From assembly GCA_965637545.1 (NCBI GenBank), contig OZ281497.1, forward strand, positions 5,890,001-5,954,000: 64,000 nt of DNA, given 5' to 3'. Each line of letters opens with the position of its first letter. Position 1 is the stretch's first letter. Under the pieces are notes generated by a model. The model searched no databases. It was not told where the DNA came from and saw only the letters and a program-made list of their open reading frames with translations. Below are positions 27,722 through 41,522 of this stretch, piece after piece. Source of the stretch: Phallusia mammillata (lineage: Eukaryota). The translations under genes were made by a program, and so were the position numbers.

Positions 27722-30700
27722 TTAGCGAACGAGAACCCCGTTGACTACACGCAGGCGAGACTGAGCACCTGCCTTCGGAACCCGGATGGATATGGCCTGA
27801 AATATAAAATATTTGTTTGATAAAACAACACCTAAATTGCATCGAAAGCATCTTAAATCTAAAACGTTCTGTGACACAAATACGCAGTATTTCTGAATTT
27901 TTTAGCCTTATTGTCGCTTGACATATAATAAGCTAATTAAAATCTATTTAAATACTGGCAAAGTCTTTAAAAATCTGTTCCGTATTATACGGTAAAGGTA
28001 AGTGTTTTGAACACATTTTTGTCATGAGGTGCATTATTGCAAGAAATTATTAGTACAGAGCTCGTTTTAGGCAAGAAAGATGGTTTTGCGATATGAATTT
28101 CTGAAAAATGCCGGACGCAAAATTATAAAACAAACCACCAAAGCTTATATGCATTAAAAAGCAAGGCGCTTTGAAAGTAGGCCAAATCGCCACAAACAAA
28201 GATGACAGCATAACGACCTCTCGAAATCCTGAAAGCCATAAAGCAGCTTCAATTATAAGCGGATGTGGAAAGGTCATTTACAAAGGGGAGCCATTAACTC
28301 TGAAAATGCCCTAGACTAATGTATATAAGAAGCTGAGCCCGAGGATTACAGGGTAACAAAGTGGAGGGGCCAATACCGTAAATCGGCCTTATCTGGTCCT
28401 AAGAAAATAAACCGAACACGGCGATTCCGCTAGGGCTCTTATCATCATGGCGAGGAACGTACTGCAAACGCTTTTGGTAAATGGAGAAAGTACAAAGTAA
28501 AATCCAGCGCCCGGGCGCCTCTAGTGGTCACAACATTTTTGGGAAATTGAATTGTGAGGCGTATGTTTGGAACATTATTGTTTTGCATAGCACGTTAGTT
28601 AATTATAATGCGAAACTGACTCGGTATAATTGAGTCGTTCTTTTGACCGTGACCTTGATGCGTATTTTTCCTGTTTAAATTGAGACGACCTAATTCAGCG
28701 AAGTAAACCACATTCAAAACCCTTTTCATAACTTATAAAATGGACGAGTATTGCATGTGACCAGGACACAATAAAACAAGGTATTCGGTTTGTGTGTTGT
28801 AAACTTTGCACAAACAAAAAATTCGTTGGGATTTTGTTTGACAAATAGCCATCTGGCATTAAAAAAATACATACATATCTCCGTGCATAGCCCCAACAGC
28901 AGAAATGTGACAAACGCATCGACAATCTTAAAGCTTGATCAAGTGCAAAAACAATAAACTGCAATCTATTGCAAAAAAACTTAAGGCACAAAAAAGATAA
29001 ATCGACCTCAAAAATGTGCTTTATTCTCAACAGTCGTATTACTCATATACCATGCTGAAATGCGACAAAGTACCACTGGCAAACTTAACCCCAGCGGCTT
29101 ATGTAACCGATGATAGACAACCGTTTATTTGAAGAAGGATTTACCTAAGTTCACCACACGTCGCCGGAAGCCAGCTCCCGACCCGGTTTAAAGTTTATCC
29201 TAACAAACAGTTTTATTTATCGAATCATCGGCGTTTTTGGCTGAAGCCAAAGAAACAGGTTTAAATGCGCAGTTGGCAAAACAAGTCCAAGTGAATGTAA
29301 TAATTGCGAGCTTAGCAAGACAGCACTCTGGGTTCAAAATAAACTTGCCCAGGCATTGACTCCATTTAGTCCATAGTTATATAACTTAAATTTTAAGGTG
29401 TGTTGGTGGCTTATTGGAAGGTTAGACCAGCATTCTTCGTGGTACCCTTCTCATTAAACTAAAAAGGTGGTAAAATCTGTACACATTAAAAACTACGACC
29501 TTTTTCAAGTTTAAAGTTTGTGATTATCCTCACAACCCAAAATGACCCACGTATTCCGTTGACCCCAGGGGTCAAGCTAGTGTCCGTCCAAGCAGCGACC
29601 GGTCATCGTACGTGCTGTTGCCATAGCAATCGTGTTTGCTGTGCGATCCCTTTCGGGGCTTTTCCTGATGGTTTGTGTGCGTCCAATTATCACGTTACGA
29701 GGTTGGCGATTTTGGCCGAGCGCCAACGATATCAGGTGACCTCTTGGCTGGTTACAAGGTCACAGTTACAAAGTGTAAGTATTGAAACGTGGTCGCAGGT
29801 GTGTTGCAATTTTTGACCTTTTTTACAACGTTACAATTAGTGGATTTGAAGAAAAGTATGTGTTTGTTTAAAAAGTAAAAATGGCACGTTTGATTGTTAA
29901 AATTTGACATAATATTCTGTTGTATTGTGTGCACATGTTTTTCAGTCTGAACGTTATGCAACTCTATTTACAAAGTTATACATTTTTTACGACTTTGCAA
30001 ACAAATAGTTTGTCCAATAGTGCTTAGATTGTGGTGGAAAAGGCGATTGTAAAATAGGGAATTTTAACTTATCGACCAAGTGTGTATGTGTACATAAAAT
30101 TTCATAGCCTTCATGCCGTGTATCACATCTTCTCTATCACATCAACCTGTCACTCGGACTTTAGGTGGGGCTTGTGTTTACCAAACTCACGGACAAGCAT
30201 TACTTTCGTTACCGTCACTATACCTCAGCAGTTGCCATCGCACAATATTCCTCTCGCATTTTCGCGCCTCCAACAACCGACAATAAACAACCTCTGACCT
30301 TTGAACCCCGAAGGTCATCGCCGCGCGACAGCTTAATGCCTTTCAACGAGCGATCGCATTAGGCGTGACCGCAGCGCACGCGTGACGTCACAATCGTGAT
30401 ATTGTGACGTTTTCGGACCGGGCGCGGAGGAGTTAAAATAATAAACAGTTTGAAAAGCGATGCTCGGATTCGACAAGCTTTTGCCGGAGATGAGATGCGA
30501 GGTTTAAGTGTTTGGACAAAATCAATGCCTGAATCTCCAGAAGCCTTTTGATTGCTTGTGATTTATGAGGGCGAGTTAGTGAGGTCCCCGTCTGCTATTG
30601 TTTACTATGTACGTTATGTCGTTTATTCCACTAGGTTTGAATGACCGTTTTCGAATGATTTTGAATTCGCGATATTCAGGCAGAATTTTACAGAAATTTT

Positions 30701-33700
30701 GACAGGATTTTTTTTACTGTTTTAATTTTCTTTAAACAAAACTCTACAAAACATTGCAAGACATTGTAGACATCTAGATAACATACACCTAAATAATAAT
30801 AGTCGCAAACCGAATTACATTTTAGGGGACTAAAGGTTAAAGAATTTGTCAAAAAGTCAAAAGTTATTTACTTTAAACACATATCTGTCGTAAGTGAAAA
30901 AATGAATAAGTTAAATTTACTTTTTTCCAACTAAAATCTATGTCAAAAATAAAAATAATACGAAATAAAACGTACGAATGCAGTATTTTATTCGTTCCAG
31001 GAACGGTCGGCATAATTACAAACAATTGTCTTAAACAAGACTTTCAAAATAACCTTAACGTATTCATGAATTCTATATCATTTGTTACGTATAACGTAAA
31101 TATATCTTGCAATTATGTGATCAATATTTTAGCTGATCCTGCAATTACCGTCAAAAGCATAAGCAAACCCTCACAACCACGTGACAAACAAGGACCAACC
31201 ATATCAGACTCTCGTTTATCACGTCATAATGCGAAGACGCATCAAAAAGCCGATCTTGAAAAACGGACGATAACCAGAGCGCAAAATCGATTCTTTCGGA
31301 CAATTAAAAGTCAGTTAGCGGCCCCGCAAGGCAGGAAAAGGTAAATAAACGTCGGTGTTGACGATATGTTGGGTGCAAAGGTTAAGGTAATAATTTGCGG
31401 CTTTTTAAACATGAGTTTCCCATTTGCAAATCGAGCGACCTTTATGAAATACATAAGTGTGACGGAATACTGTGGTTGCATTTTCGAGTTATGAAACGTG
31501 GCGTTGATGCTTGTTTTCGAAAGTTCTGGACCCTTTTAACCAGTCTTGACCTTATTTACTACGCTCTAACAGGAGTTATCCTCCAAACGAACCTTCACTT
31601 CGGACAAACACGGTCTTCGAATTTCTCTGTTATCTTTGTCTAACAGGGAGTTTTGGTGATATATAGGCGGTATGCATTTTGGTCATTTAATGCATCTGTA
31701 TACGTTTTTGGTCCAACGGCTATTTATCCATAAAATTAAAGTGTGTGGTGAAGCAAAAAGGTTGCAATGTTTCAAAATATAACAAAAAACCCTGCGATTT
31801 CAACGGGTCAAAATTTTTACAAGTTTATATTTTATATTTTTTGTATGACACATGTGGTTCAAAATTGAAACAAAAAGGCCAACAAAATTGGTAAAAACTC
31901 AAAAATGTCTTCTATAGACAATGTCAGCCCGTTTTTAATTAAATCTTACCGCAAACTAAACGCATAATAAAAATCTCATTGCCAAACGACAACCATCTTG
32001 GAACATCAACGAACGGGTCTTTAAAAGCGGAACCAGAAAGGTGCTTTAGGTTTTAGCAATATTATTACAAAACAAACTATAAATCTGAAACAAATGCGCT
32101 TTTTATACTTAGTTATAGCCTACCACTAATCCTAAAAGCTTAGCAAATGTTTTCATTTTACTATTTAATGTGCGACACTTTAAGTTGTGACGTCACATGA
32201 GCTCTTACGTCACAGGTTTTACATACACCTCTTTTCCAGCTCTACAATAAAGTTCATCCGTGAAATTTAATTAGAAAACTTATAACAGGGCGCATGTCAA
32301 TCAGAAAACCCTATAGCCGCTAATGAGACGTACGCTTTCATATCTTCACATCGACTGGTTCGCCGCAAGCTTTACGTCAGGCATGTCGACACCCGATCGT
32401 TGTGATATCGCGAGGATCTTTTATTGATCTCACAACTTTGTGTATCGTGAAATCCGGACCAAGAGAGAAATGGGATTAAATTTGATAGAAATCGTGGAAG
32501 GTGCCGACGACCAAATTGATTATTTTGTCCGAAAAAAATGAAAACGAAAATCCATAAAATATGCTCCCAACCATCCTACGAGGTACAACCAAATTTTCCT
32601 TTTTTTAATTTTTATTGATAAAATGTTCAAAATTCATAAAAGATTTCGTATGTTTGTGACTACTTCTACTTTACAACATACACCATTTGTTTTTTACATG
32701 TACACGACATTTTTATTATTTCAAATTTTCATTAAGTCTGTGAATGGTTAAGTTAAGAAAAACTTTCTGCACAAAATTTACACAATTATTTGTATTAAGT
32801 TTAAACAAAAAATAAGCGAATCTAAACATTAGGGGTCCACCATGCATAATATTTTTCCTATAAACCAGTTATAATACACATCTTCAATAAAAGCTTAAAT
32901 AACACCAACTCAAACTCAAGCCTTGTCTAATGCTCTATTTATTTAAGTAGGAATCATTTAAAACCAGGACTTTAGTTGTACTCTGTTTTAGTATTCTAAA
33001 ACGCTGGCACGATTATCTCACCTGATTTCCAGCCCCTCTGACTCTGGCAAACACCATATTAGGTTTCTTGTACATGGCATGCGCAACCATCGCCTCCTGG
33101 AATTCTTGAGTGATTGCGTTTCTTGTCCATCTGCTTCGAACGGCCACATTCCCACGCTAAAGTGTAAAAAATTGGTTGGTTAAACGTTTGACAATTTACA
33201 ACAAAATTGGACGCAGTTTTTGTTTTAAACATTTGGCTTGAAAATGATAACAATTACGGTTAGACAAACTAGACTACATGGCTTGAAGGCAGTGGTGGGA
33301 TTCAAATTTTTTGTCAGCCGGTTCTATCACAAAAGTGATATTTTTCGGCCTGCTCTGGTTACAAAAACTCCATTGACAGTTACCAGTAATGCTAACAGGT
33401 TCGCTGATCTCATAAAACTTCGTAAGACGGTTCTATGAAACCGGTGCGAACCGGCTGAATCCCACAACTGCATTAAGGTGCCTTGCTTTAAATTTTTGGA
33501 TGGCTTTTGGTTGCTTCACACGAAAGCTATTGTTTTATTATTTATTCAGTCACATATGGGAAATAAAAACTTCGTCAAAAACGTGATACTTTAAGAATAC
33601 CCTAGGAATTAAAACTAGGTAATGGCGTTACACCACTAAGTACTGCTTTAATACCAATTAAATACCACGATATTGCAAAGTCCAAGACAACTTGACCTTA

Positions 33701-36700
33701 TCTGCCAGATGATCGACGCTTTTCGAAACCCCACTCACTAAGTAAAAATTGATTTTTTAATGTAAAAAGTGGCTACGGTAATTGTCTGAGCTGGAGCTAC
33801 CAAATACCCATGAACCAACCAACCAATGAACATTATTAACTGCAAATATAAGGTAAACACACAAAATAGGAAACCTGACAATTTTTTTCAGTTGACGACT
33901 AAGTATCAGGTTACCATGTCGGAAAGAGGGAAAACCCCTTCGAATCCCTGATCAAACTGAAAGTTGTCGAGATCGATATGACATTCGCCCAGATAGCTGT
34001 CGGTTTCATTGGCATCTGCCACTATAAGCACGATGTACCTGCAAATACAAAATAAACAAATCAATCCAATTTTTCAGAAATATAACGGAAACATCAATTT
34101 TGCGATTTCTGTTTTATTGTACATTTTTTTTTTGCTTTTAAAACATGTTTTTCAATTTTTTTATCATTTTAAAATATGAATTCCTTTATTATTTTGAAGT
34201 TTTGAACATTTTCAGAAGGCGCTAATCTCATTAAACAGTGCAGTAAATTAATGGAAACAGGAAAATTATTTCGTTATTTTACCACTATACTTTAAACACA
34301 AAGTACACAAAACTTTTGCAAAACCAAAACAACAACAACAACACTTTAGGTGCTTTAATTACCTGCTGTTCAGTTCTTCTTTTGGTACAGGAAAATCGAA
34401 GGATTCATTCCATTCCGGACTACCAGTTCTTTCTTTGCATGGCCATGTTTTGTACACGTAAGGTACACCAGGAATGTATACGCGCACGAATCTAAAGATG
34501 ATAGGTGGATAGCAACAACTTAAAATTAAAACCACATGTCCAGAAAAAATGCAACAGAAAATGCAACTTGATTTCAAACACCTTGGAACTGCAATAATAG
34601 GTTAGTTTCTTGAACACTATCATATAGGGCAGTGGTTCTCAAACTTTTTTTGTTGCGACGCCCCTGGACAAGTTTTTCTGGACTTGCGACGCACCAGCAA
34701 ATAAAAGTTAATGAGGAAACTTATTATTAAAATTGTGTTTATTGATACAACAACAAAAAGCCACGAAACGGAACTATTCTGCGACGCCCTTGGAAAATTG
34801 AAACGACGCACCAGGGCGTCGCGACGCCCAGTTTGAGAACTACTGATATAGGGTGATAAGGTAATCAGTAAATTTACGAAACTTTCTATCAAACGCATCG
34901 CTTTTGGCGTAAACTACATGCAATAATGTTTGTAACGCAAGGTTTTCCATTTTAAGCAAAGATTTAGAGAGACCATGGTGGAGTTCTATCTCAAATTAGC
35001 AATTACCAGAAGAGCTCTACAAAGTTGATATTATGCCTGGCAGCAACAGCTTATATATAGTTTTTTCGTTTTGTGGTTGTTTTGGTATTTTCTTGAAATA
35101 TATATTTTTTAAATAAACTTCCACTTACGGCTCTACATCGTCGTTGTCGATACGAATTCCTTTTGCTCCTTCGATGATGACATTAAGTGTTTGGGGCAAT
35201 TTGTAGTTGAGCTTGATTCCAACGTTTCCTCCGATGGTTAGATCAACCTTTGTTTAAAATGAACGGTGTCTTAAACTTTTGTCAACAGTTACAATACAAC
35301 ATGGTCTTATGGCATGATTTTACAAATAGGTCAAGTCATGAAAAATGTTTCGCAAAAATCAAGAAATGAGCAACTGCCAAAGTAGCCAGAGATGCACAAA
35401 GTAGGTTTTATTTTTATGGAATTCAAAAATGATGCACGGTTATTTCAAAGATCTTTTTTTTCACAATGAACATAACGTAAGGCAAGGAGTTTGTCAACCA
35501 TTTTACTTTATTATTAACTCTTACATTATTATTTTTTAAAGAGAGGCTATTTGTCAAGATCTCATGTGTTGTATAGTGAGTAGTTATTATTTACTATGGT
35601 AAGAAACCTTGACCTAAAAATAGGCGAAATGTGTGTTTTGTTTACAATGAAGAAAAATGTTGTACTTTTAATTGCTTAAAATGGAAAAAAACGACCTAAA
35701 AATTGAAAAGGTTAAAACTTTTAAAGGTTAATATCAGTTTTTAGTTTTTACAATATTAAAAATGATATTTTTTTAAAAGTTAAAAAAATGAAGTTGTATC
35801 CAATACAATCCACATTTACATGGCCAGTGTTTTTTTTAAGGTGTTTTGGGGGACCGAAACGGTCCCCCAAATTTCTCCAGCGGTTTCCCAAATAAGCAAA
35901 AATGACTATTTTTTGGTATTTAAATGAAACACTTGCGGTCTCTTAAAACTACTTAGCGGTCACCCAAACCAAACCTTAAAAAAAAACCTGTACATGGCTA
36001 TGTTGAAGTAAGCAATAACAGGTAAACAACGTATGACCAGAATCAGAATGTACCAACACGTATTTTACATTCGGACAAACAGACGGGCAGTGGGTACCAG
36101 AAAAACAATAATCACCGCAGCAGCAGCTCACCGTGTGAAAATTTTTCAAGATACCATCTTCATACAATTCACACAAAGACGCGAAATAGACGGAATGTGC
36201 TTTATACCCAATCCCTATTACGCCCAGAACTATATGATCCATAATTTATAGCTCTGGCCGGTAAATGCGGTTGCTATCAGCCCATCAGCAGCCCCCGCAA
36301 GGTTATTTGTAGGACAAATCGGCCCACAATGTCCTCTGTATCCAGAGTAAACATGAGAACATTGGTGAGTTGTACCCACAGGCATGTGGAAATGGATTTC
36401 CGGCTAAGTATTGTGACGGAATAATGGGGCGGAGGCCGGTTGCCTGATTGATGATTTTGGGGTTGGGAACGGTTACGTTATACATTACGTAATTTTTGTT
36501 GAAACGGGAGATTTGTGAAATGTCGAAATCTGGTAAAAATATTACTTTAAAATCTTGTACTGTTAGGAAGTTTTAAAATGTCAGATCCAGACAGTTTTAG
36601 GGGTTATTTAAAAAAGTCTCAAAAAAAAATATTTAAACACCAATTTTTCAAAAAAAAATCACTTATTGCACAAACACGATTCGGTTCTAAAAAAAGGAAT

Positions 36701-39700
36701 TCGTTTTTTAGTTTTACCCGTCTGTACTTGGCACCATTAGCCCAAACCTAAAAATTCAAATATTTTTATCGCCTTCATGTATTCATTTTCAGTGTACGAC
36801 TTTTCCTGTACGACCCAATGCAACAACAAAAATATCCAGAAACAGTTTTTTGGCATTTTATCCCTAAGGCTGTTACACAGGTAGCAGTTATACAAATAGA
36901 ATAGAATTAAATGTTTTATTCATTAATGAAGAATAACAAACATAGGCGGGATATGTACTTTAGGGTAAAAACACCGACTTTTTAAAACCGCCCGTCGTTT
37001 TGCATCCCTAACGAGGCATGTACCTTTTACCGTTAGCGATGCAATAATCGATAAATAACCCACGGCGAGCCATTTGGCAAAAAGGGCAGCCCGGCTAAGA
37101 CATCGAATGCGTCCATGGGCACATGAAAGGCGTGTAGGATATTATCGCAACGTTCCATTGACACATCGTGCTAAATTAGCAGTGCCCTTGCCCCGCAACG
37201 GGCCCTTATCTCTAGCAAATCGACATCTCTGATCTATCTGTGTATTTCGACAAATGCTAACGGGTATAGGCTTGATGGACTTTTAAGTAGCACCAGTTTA
37301 ATTGTGAAAGGTTATTGCTCTCGTCGTACGACGTAATCAACGGTAAAATGCACATATTTGGAATAAACGACAATTATGTTCAAAGCAAATAAAAACGTTA
37401 TAGTGGCCAAACGAAAAAAATGCCATGACAAAAAACAATCGACAAAACAAATATGGTGGTTTAGAATTATCGATGTGTTATCATTGTAAACCAAAGTTAT
37501 ATGCCTATTGTCTATTTTGCGTACTGACCTATTAGTAATAGAAAGTGTATGCACAAAAGATATTATAGGACGATACTAGACATGCCTGGTTATAGCTTAA
37601 TAGCGCCATATAGCGGTCAGTGTAAAAAATATGTTATTGGGGTTTTAATGGATTATTACCAAAATTCTTAAGACTTATCAAAGAACAAGAAGCAAATAAA
37701 CCTTATTGTCTTTTGCACTACTGTTTTTGCACTACACTGGCACATAATTCTTAATCTGCAACCTTTCCAGTAAAATAGCTCATAAAATTAGTGTTTGTTG
37801 TTCACATGGCCTATGGCACTCTGGTATAGCATTTTATTGCATTTAGTCACAAAACGAAAACTCCTTTTCACTCGTAAAACAAAAAAATACTTGAACTTGA
37901 ATTATTGAATGCAAGGGCAAGATGCTTGAGCTGGCAACCACAAATGTCAGGTGGTTGTAAATACAAGGCATATTATTGACATAAGTGTAAGTTCATCCTG
38001 ATACACACGTAACTTACCTCAGGAAGCAACTCGTACCAATTGGATGCCACCACATCATAACATGAAAGGTCTGCAACCGAAATGATTCTTTCACCCATAA
38101 AGTCATCCTTTCCAAGAGCATCAAAACTCCATACAGAGCATCTGTTTCACATGATGTATATATGTAAGATTTTGTACTGCCCATACATGTTGACATAGCA
38201 AATTGAACAAAAAAGGCTGTTTTAAACTTTTGAAAATATTTTTTGTTTAGTTCATAAGGTCAATCAAATCACCACAGTTTAACACAGGGATGACTGAACT
38301 TGCTTTCAAATCATAAAGCCCACCATATATTACCTCACAATCCACAAGTGCTAAAAAATGGTTGTTAAAAGGCAAGTATTTATTAGGAGTAAGTTTTTTG
38401 GTCACTATAAAAAACTACTTGGTGCGCTTCTATGCATCTGCTAAACTTTCATGATAAACTGTAGTGTCTATAACTTGTACAATACATAGTTTTATTTAAC
38501 ATGTATTTCCCTAATAGCCATGATTAACGTCCCTTTAATCCATTCAAAATAACGATCCAATAATATTACAATCTTAGATGTGTTTGTTAAAACCCAAGCA
38601 AATAAGCTGGAAATCCTGGAAAAATATTTACCTCAACTGAAGAAAGTTGATTTGTTCGCTGGTTACAGGAAAAGTAAAAATTTCATTAAAGATTGGGTTT
38701 CTTGTGTTTTTGGCCACAGATGTGCATTTCATTCCTTTTTGTTCTTCTGTTAACTCAATGGTGGCATCCCTGTGCATTAGTAGCAAAACCTATTGAAAAC
38801 ATGGAATGAGGGGTGGGCTACTCACACAAGATTCATTATTTATATTAAACCAAAATGCAGTAGCTAATACCTTTACATATGGATCAGATGTATGGCCACG
38901 AATATCCTTTGCTATGAGATCTTGAGCTGCAATTACCTAATAAACATATATATTTTCCAAGCTGGGTTGTTATTTGTTTCTTACGCTGTATTTGTTAATG
39001 TGTTTTGTGCATCACAATTATAGGTAGCTTGTCTCAATTTTCAACTTTTTACTTTGCAGATCTGGACCTAAATGTAATCATCACTAGTGTGCAATTCATT
39101 TTGTAAACTAAGAAAAAGGTTTCATTATTATTACAAAGATGACAAGTGGAATGATTTGGTTTGATAAGATACTCTTTATTGCAATAAATACCAAAATTGA
39201 CATTCTGGGCATATGTCAACTCTCTGATACAGTCATTGGGTTTGCAAAGCCTAATTGGCTATAATATTTACCTTGACAAGTAGAAGTGACTTGTCACTGA
39301 CATATTTTACAGATACTTTGATATCTCCTTGAACATCAGTAGTTGTTTTCATCACAGCAGGGTCAAGTTGTTTGAACATCCTCTTTAGCAGGTACATGTT
39401 TTCCTGTCACGATAAATTGTACTGCTAATTTAGATCTTTAAACGGCTAATACACAAGCACTAATGTTAATTGTGCCTGTAAGAAAAAATTGTGAGAATAT
39501 TTCTTATTGTTTCTGGGAAGGAAAAGGGTGAGCAGTGCAGCACATTCAACAAAAATGGTGGCTGACAAAGTAAATGTTTAAACAAACCAAATAAGCTTCA
39601 TGTTTTTCCAATCGTTTTTCATCTTCATGTAGTGTTTCATCATCATCAACTTCCTTACTGCTCAGGCCACTGATGACAGACATTCGAGTCTCTGGACGAA

Positions 39701-39731
39701 CATTGTTGTCCCGGGAAAAACCACTTCCCAT
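27722..39731 (-). CDS. Tandem C2-domain (synaptotagmin-like/DOC2-like) protein with N-terminal myristoylation motif and no transmembrane helix; 10 exons, 401 aa
   Basis: Exons (minus): 39731-39588, 39403-39272, 38936-38871, 38789-38632, 38141-38018, 35247-35129, 34491-34363, 34038-33915, 33156-33022, 27796-27722. They total 1206 nt, all GT-AG, and phases join. It starts MGSGFS. C2A: GDIKVSVKY..LLLVKVIAAQDLIAKD..SDPYVKV..TRNPIFNEIFTF..VWSFDALGKDDFMGE..WYELL. C2B: GNVGIKLNY..LNVIIEGAKGI..EPFVRV..SPEWNESFDF..YLGECHIDL. It ends AISIRVPKAGAQSRLRVVNGVLVR*. Confidence 0.9.
33290..33470. mobile_element. hAT-type MITE (older) in intron 8 of the C2 gene
   Basis: TIRs CAGTGGTGGGATTCA / TGAATCCCACAACTG; degenerate 8-bp TSD CTTGAAGG vs CATTAAGG (6/8). 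Confidence 0.8.
34630..34845. mobile_element. hAT-type MITE in intron 6 of the C2 gene
   Basis: TIRs CAGTGGTTCTCAAACT / AGTTTGAGAACTACTG; perfect TSD ATATAGGG; internal subterminal GCGACGC repeats. Confidence 0.92.
35825..35990. mobile_element. hAT-type MITE in intron 5 of the C2 gene
   Basis: TIRs CAGTG(T)nAAGG / CCTT(A)nCCTG; perfect TSD TACATGGC. An internal segment recurs at 41123-41177. Confidence 0.88.
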
Positions 39732-41122
39732 TTCAACAGTTTTTGCTAATTAACTATTTTTCAATTTCAGCTATTTAAACACAAGTGGTTGCATACCTAA
39801 AACAAAACATTTTTATTGAAACAACCTCAACTGGAGTTTTTCATTTAACCAATTTCATACAAAACTGGTAGTTTTTGTATTTTATAGTGTCAAAACAAGG
39901 ATTGTATTTGACAAAAAATTTTGGCTTAGAATTTTTATTCTTTGCAATAATTTACATAAAGTACAATAAAATTGGCAACTGTATCAACAAGTTAATTAAC
40001 AATAACAAAAATCAGAACATGCCATTATCCATTATCCAAGGTACGCAAAATAGCAAAATCAGGATTTGTTTGGCATTGTTTACAAAGGAAACTAAGAAAT
40101 TAGTCAATATTTTGTGAATCTCCAGGAAGCGTCAGAAAATCCAGGTCGGTACAGTAAAATAAAAAAATATAAATTGAAATGGCTTTTTAACTTTGCACTA
40201 CTACACGCAAATTGTAATAATCAATTTTAAAGATATACTTCACTTCAAAATAGCGATTAATATTTTCCTAAATAAATCTTTAACTTCCAGCTGCAAGTTG
40301 TACTGGTGCGGATCATAATTGTTTTCAGCGGCAAACATTCTCACTTTCTTTTTTGTCTCAAATACAAAACGGAATTTATAACGCAAAATAATTGTAAAAA
40401 AACTTATTTGCAACATTTTCAAAACCTTTTCAAAATACTAGACACAAATCTTTTTTTCATTACATAAAAATCTTATTTATTGTGACGTCACTGTCTACAT
40501 TCGACAATAAGAACATCCAAGAAACATGCGTTTGAGAAGAAGTTTCTGATTCTAAATCACAACAAACGTTGTGCAAATCACCAGCGGTGGCTGCGGCAAT
40601 TGTGGCGATGGCAATGCGTGCGATTTTGTATTGCCATGGAATATAAGTCATTATATGTACATGATACGTAGTATTTTTAGGACGTTAAAGCCAACGTGTA
40701 ACGTGTTGACTGTTGATGGAACGACTGGCACATAGTGAATAAAACGTCCTTTCAATTTCGGATTTCTTTTTGTTGTCTTAGTATTATTGCTTAGTCTTTT
40801 GATGTTGTCTTTCGTGTTTTTTGTTTACCTATCTACAAAGACCGTTGTTTTCTGTAAAACTGCATCTGGGGCACGTTTTCAACTATGTCAGCCAAAAACA
40901 CATTGGCCAACTTTCAGGGGTAACATCACACTGAAAATAAGATAAATAAACCAAGATTTGTCGCACTGGAAAAAAGGGTTGGTGTGTTGTTGCGCAGAAA
41001 AACAAGAATGGACACAAAATTGTCATTGCCAGAGTGTTATTTTATTCTTCATTTGATGTTATTAATTGTTATTAAAGTTCCACTTGTCTATGGAACCAGG
41101 ATAGACAAGAGGAGTGTTATGG

Positions 41123-41177
41123 CTATTTTTTGGTATTTAAATGAAACACTTGCGGTCTCTTAAAACTACTTAGCGGA
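41123..41177. repeat. Internal fragment of the 35825-35990 MITE family
   Basis: ctattttttggtatttaaatgaaacacttgcggtctcttaaaactacttagcgg is identical to ~35906-35959. Confidence 0.85.
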
Positions 41178-41519
41178 CATTATCGTAAACATGAACATTA
41201 TTAAGTTGTGGGAAATAATAGTGTATGGCTCTGATGAGTGTATGTTTTTACCATCAGGGTGACCGAAAAAATCTTGGTTGCATTGTGTTAAATAACACTC
41301 TGCCCTCTTAACCTACTGGGACATAGCAAGCCACCTAACATTTTTGTAGCATTCAAAATCATAGTCAATGCTAACACAATGTGTTTAATGTGATAAAACA
41401 TTTCTGTCAAAATGTAGGTTGTTTCAATTGTAAAAATATACTAAAAGTTGCACTTAAAAAATAACCGCCTATTGTGTATTTTTGTGATGTACTTCTGATC
41501 ATAATTTTGTAAATGTGAT

Positions 41520-41522
<3 letters not shown>

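Noticed and set aside
30940-31344. 134-aa plus-strand ORF inside the last intron of the C2 gene
   Set aside because: The first two-thirds are AT-rich intron-like sequence giving Ile/Asn/Lys bias, with no domain similarity.
37811-37834. tatggcactctggta resembling miR-183
   Set aside because: There is an insertion right after the seed and no complementary arm to form a hairpin.
40460-40651. 63-aa ORF with a hydrophobic Ala/Ile stretch in the divergent promoter region
   Set aside because: No splice partners or recognisable motif; compatible with chance in promoter/UTR sequence.
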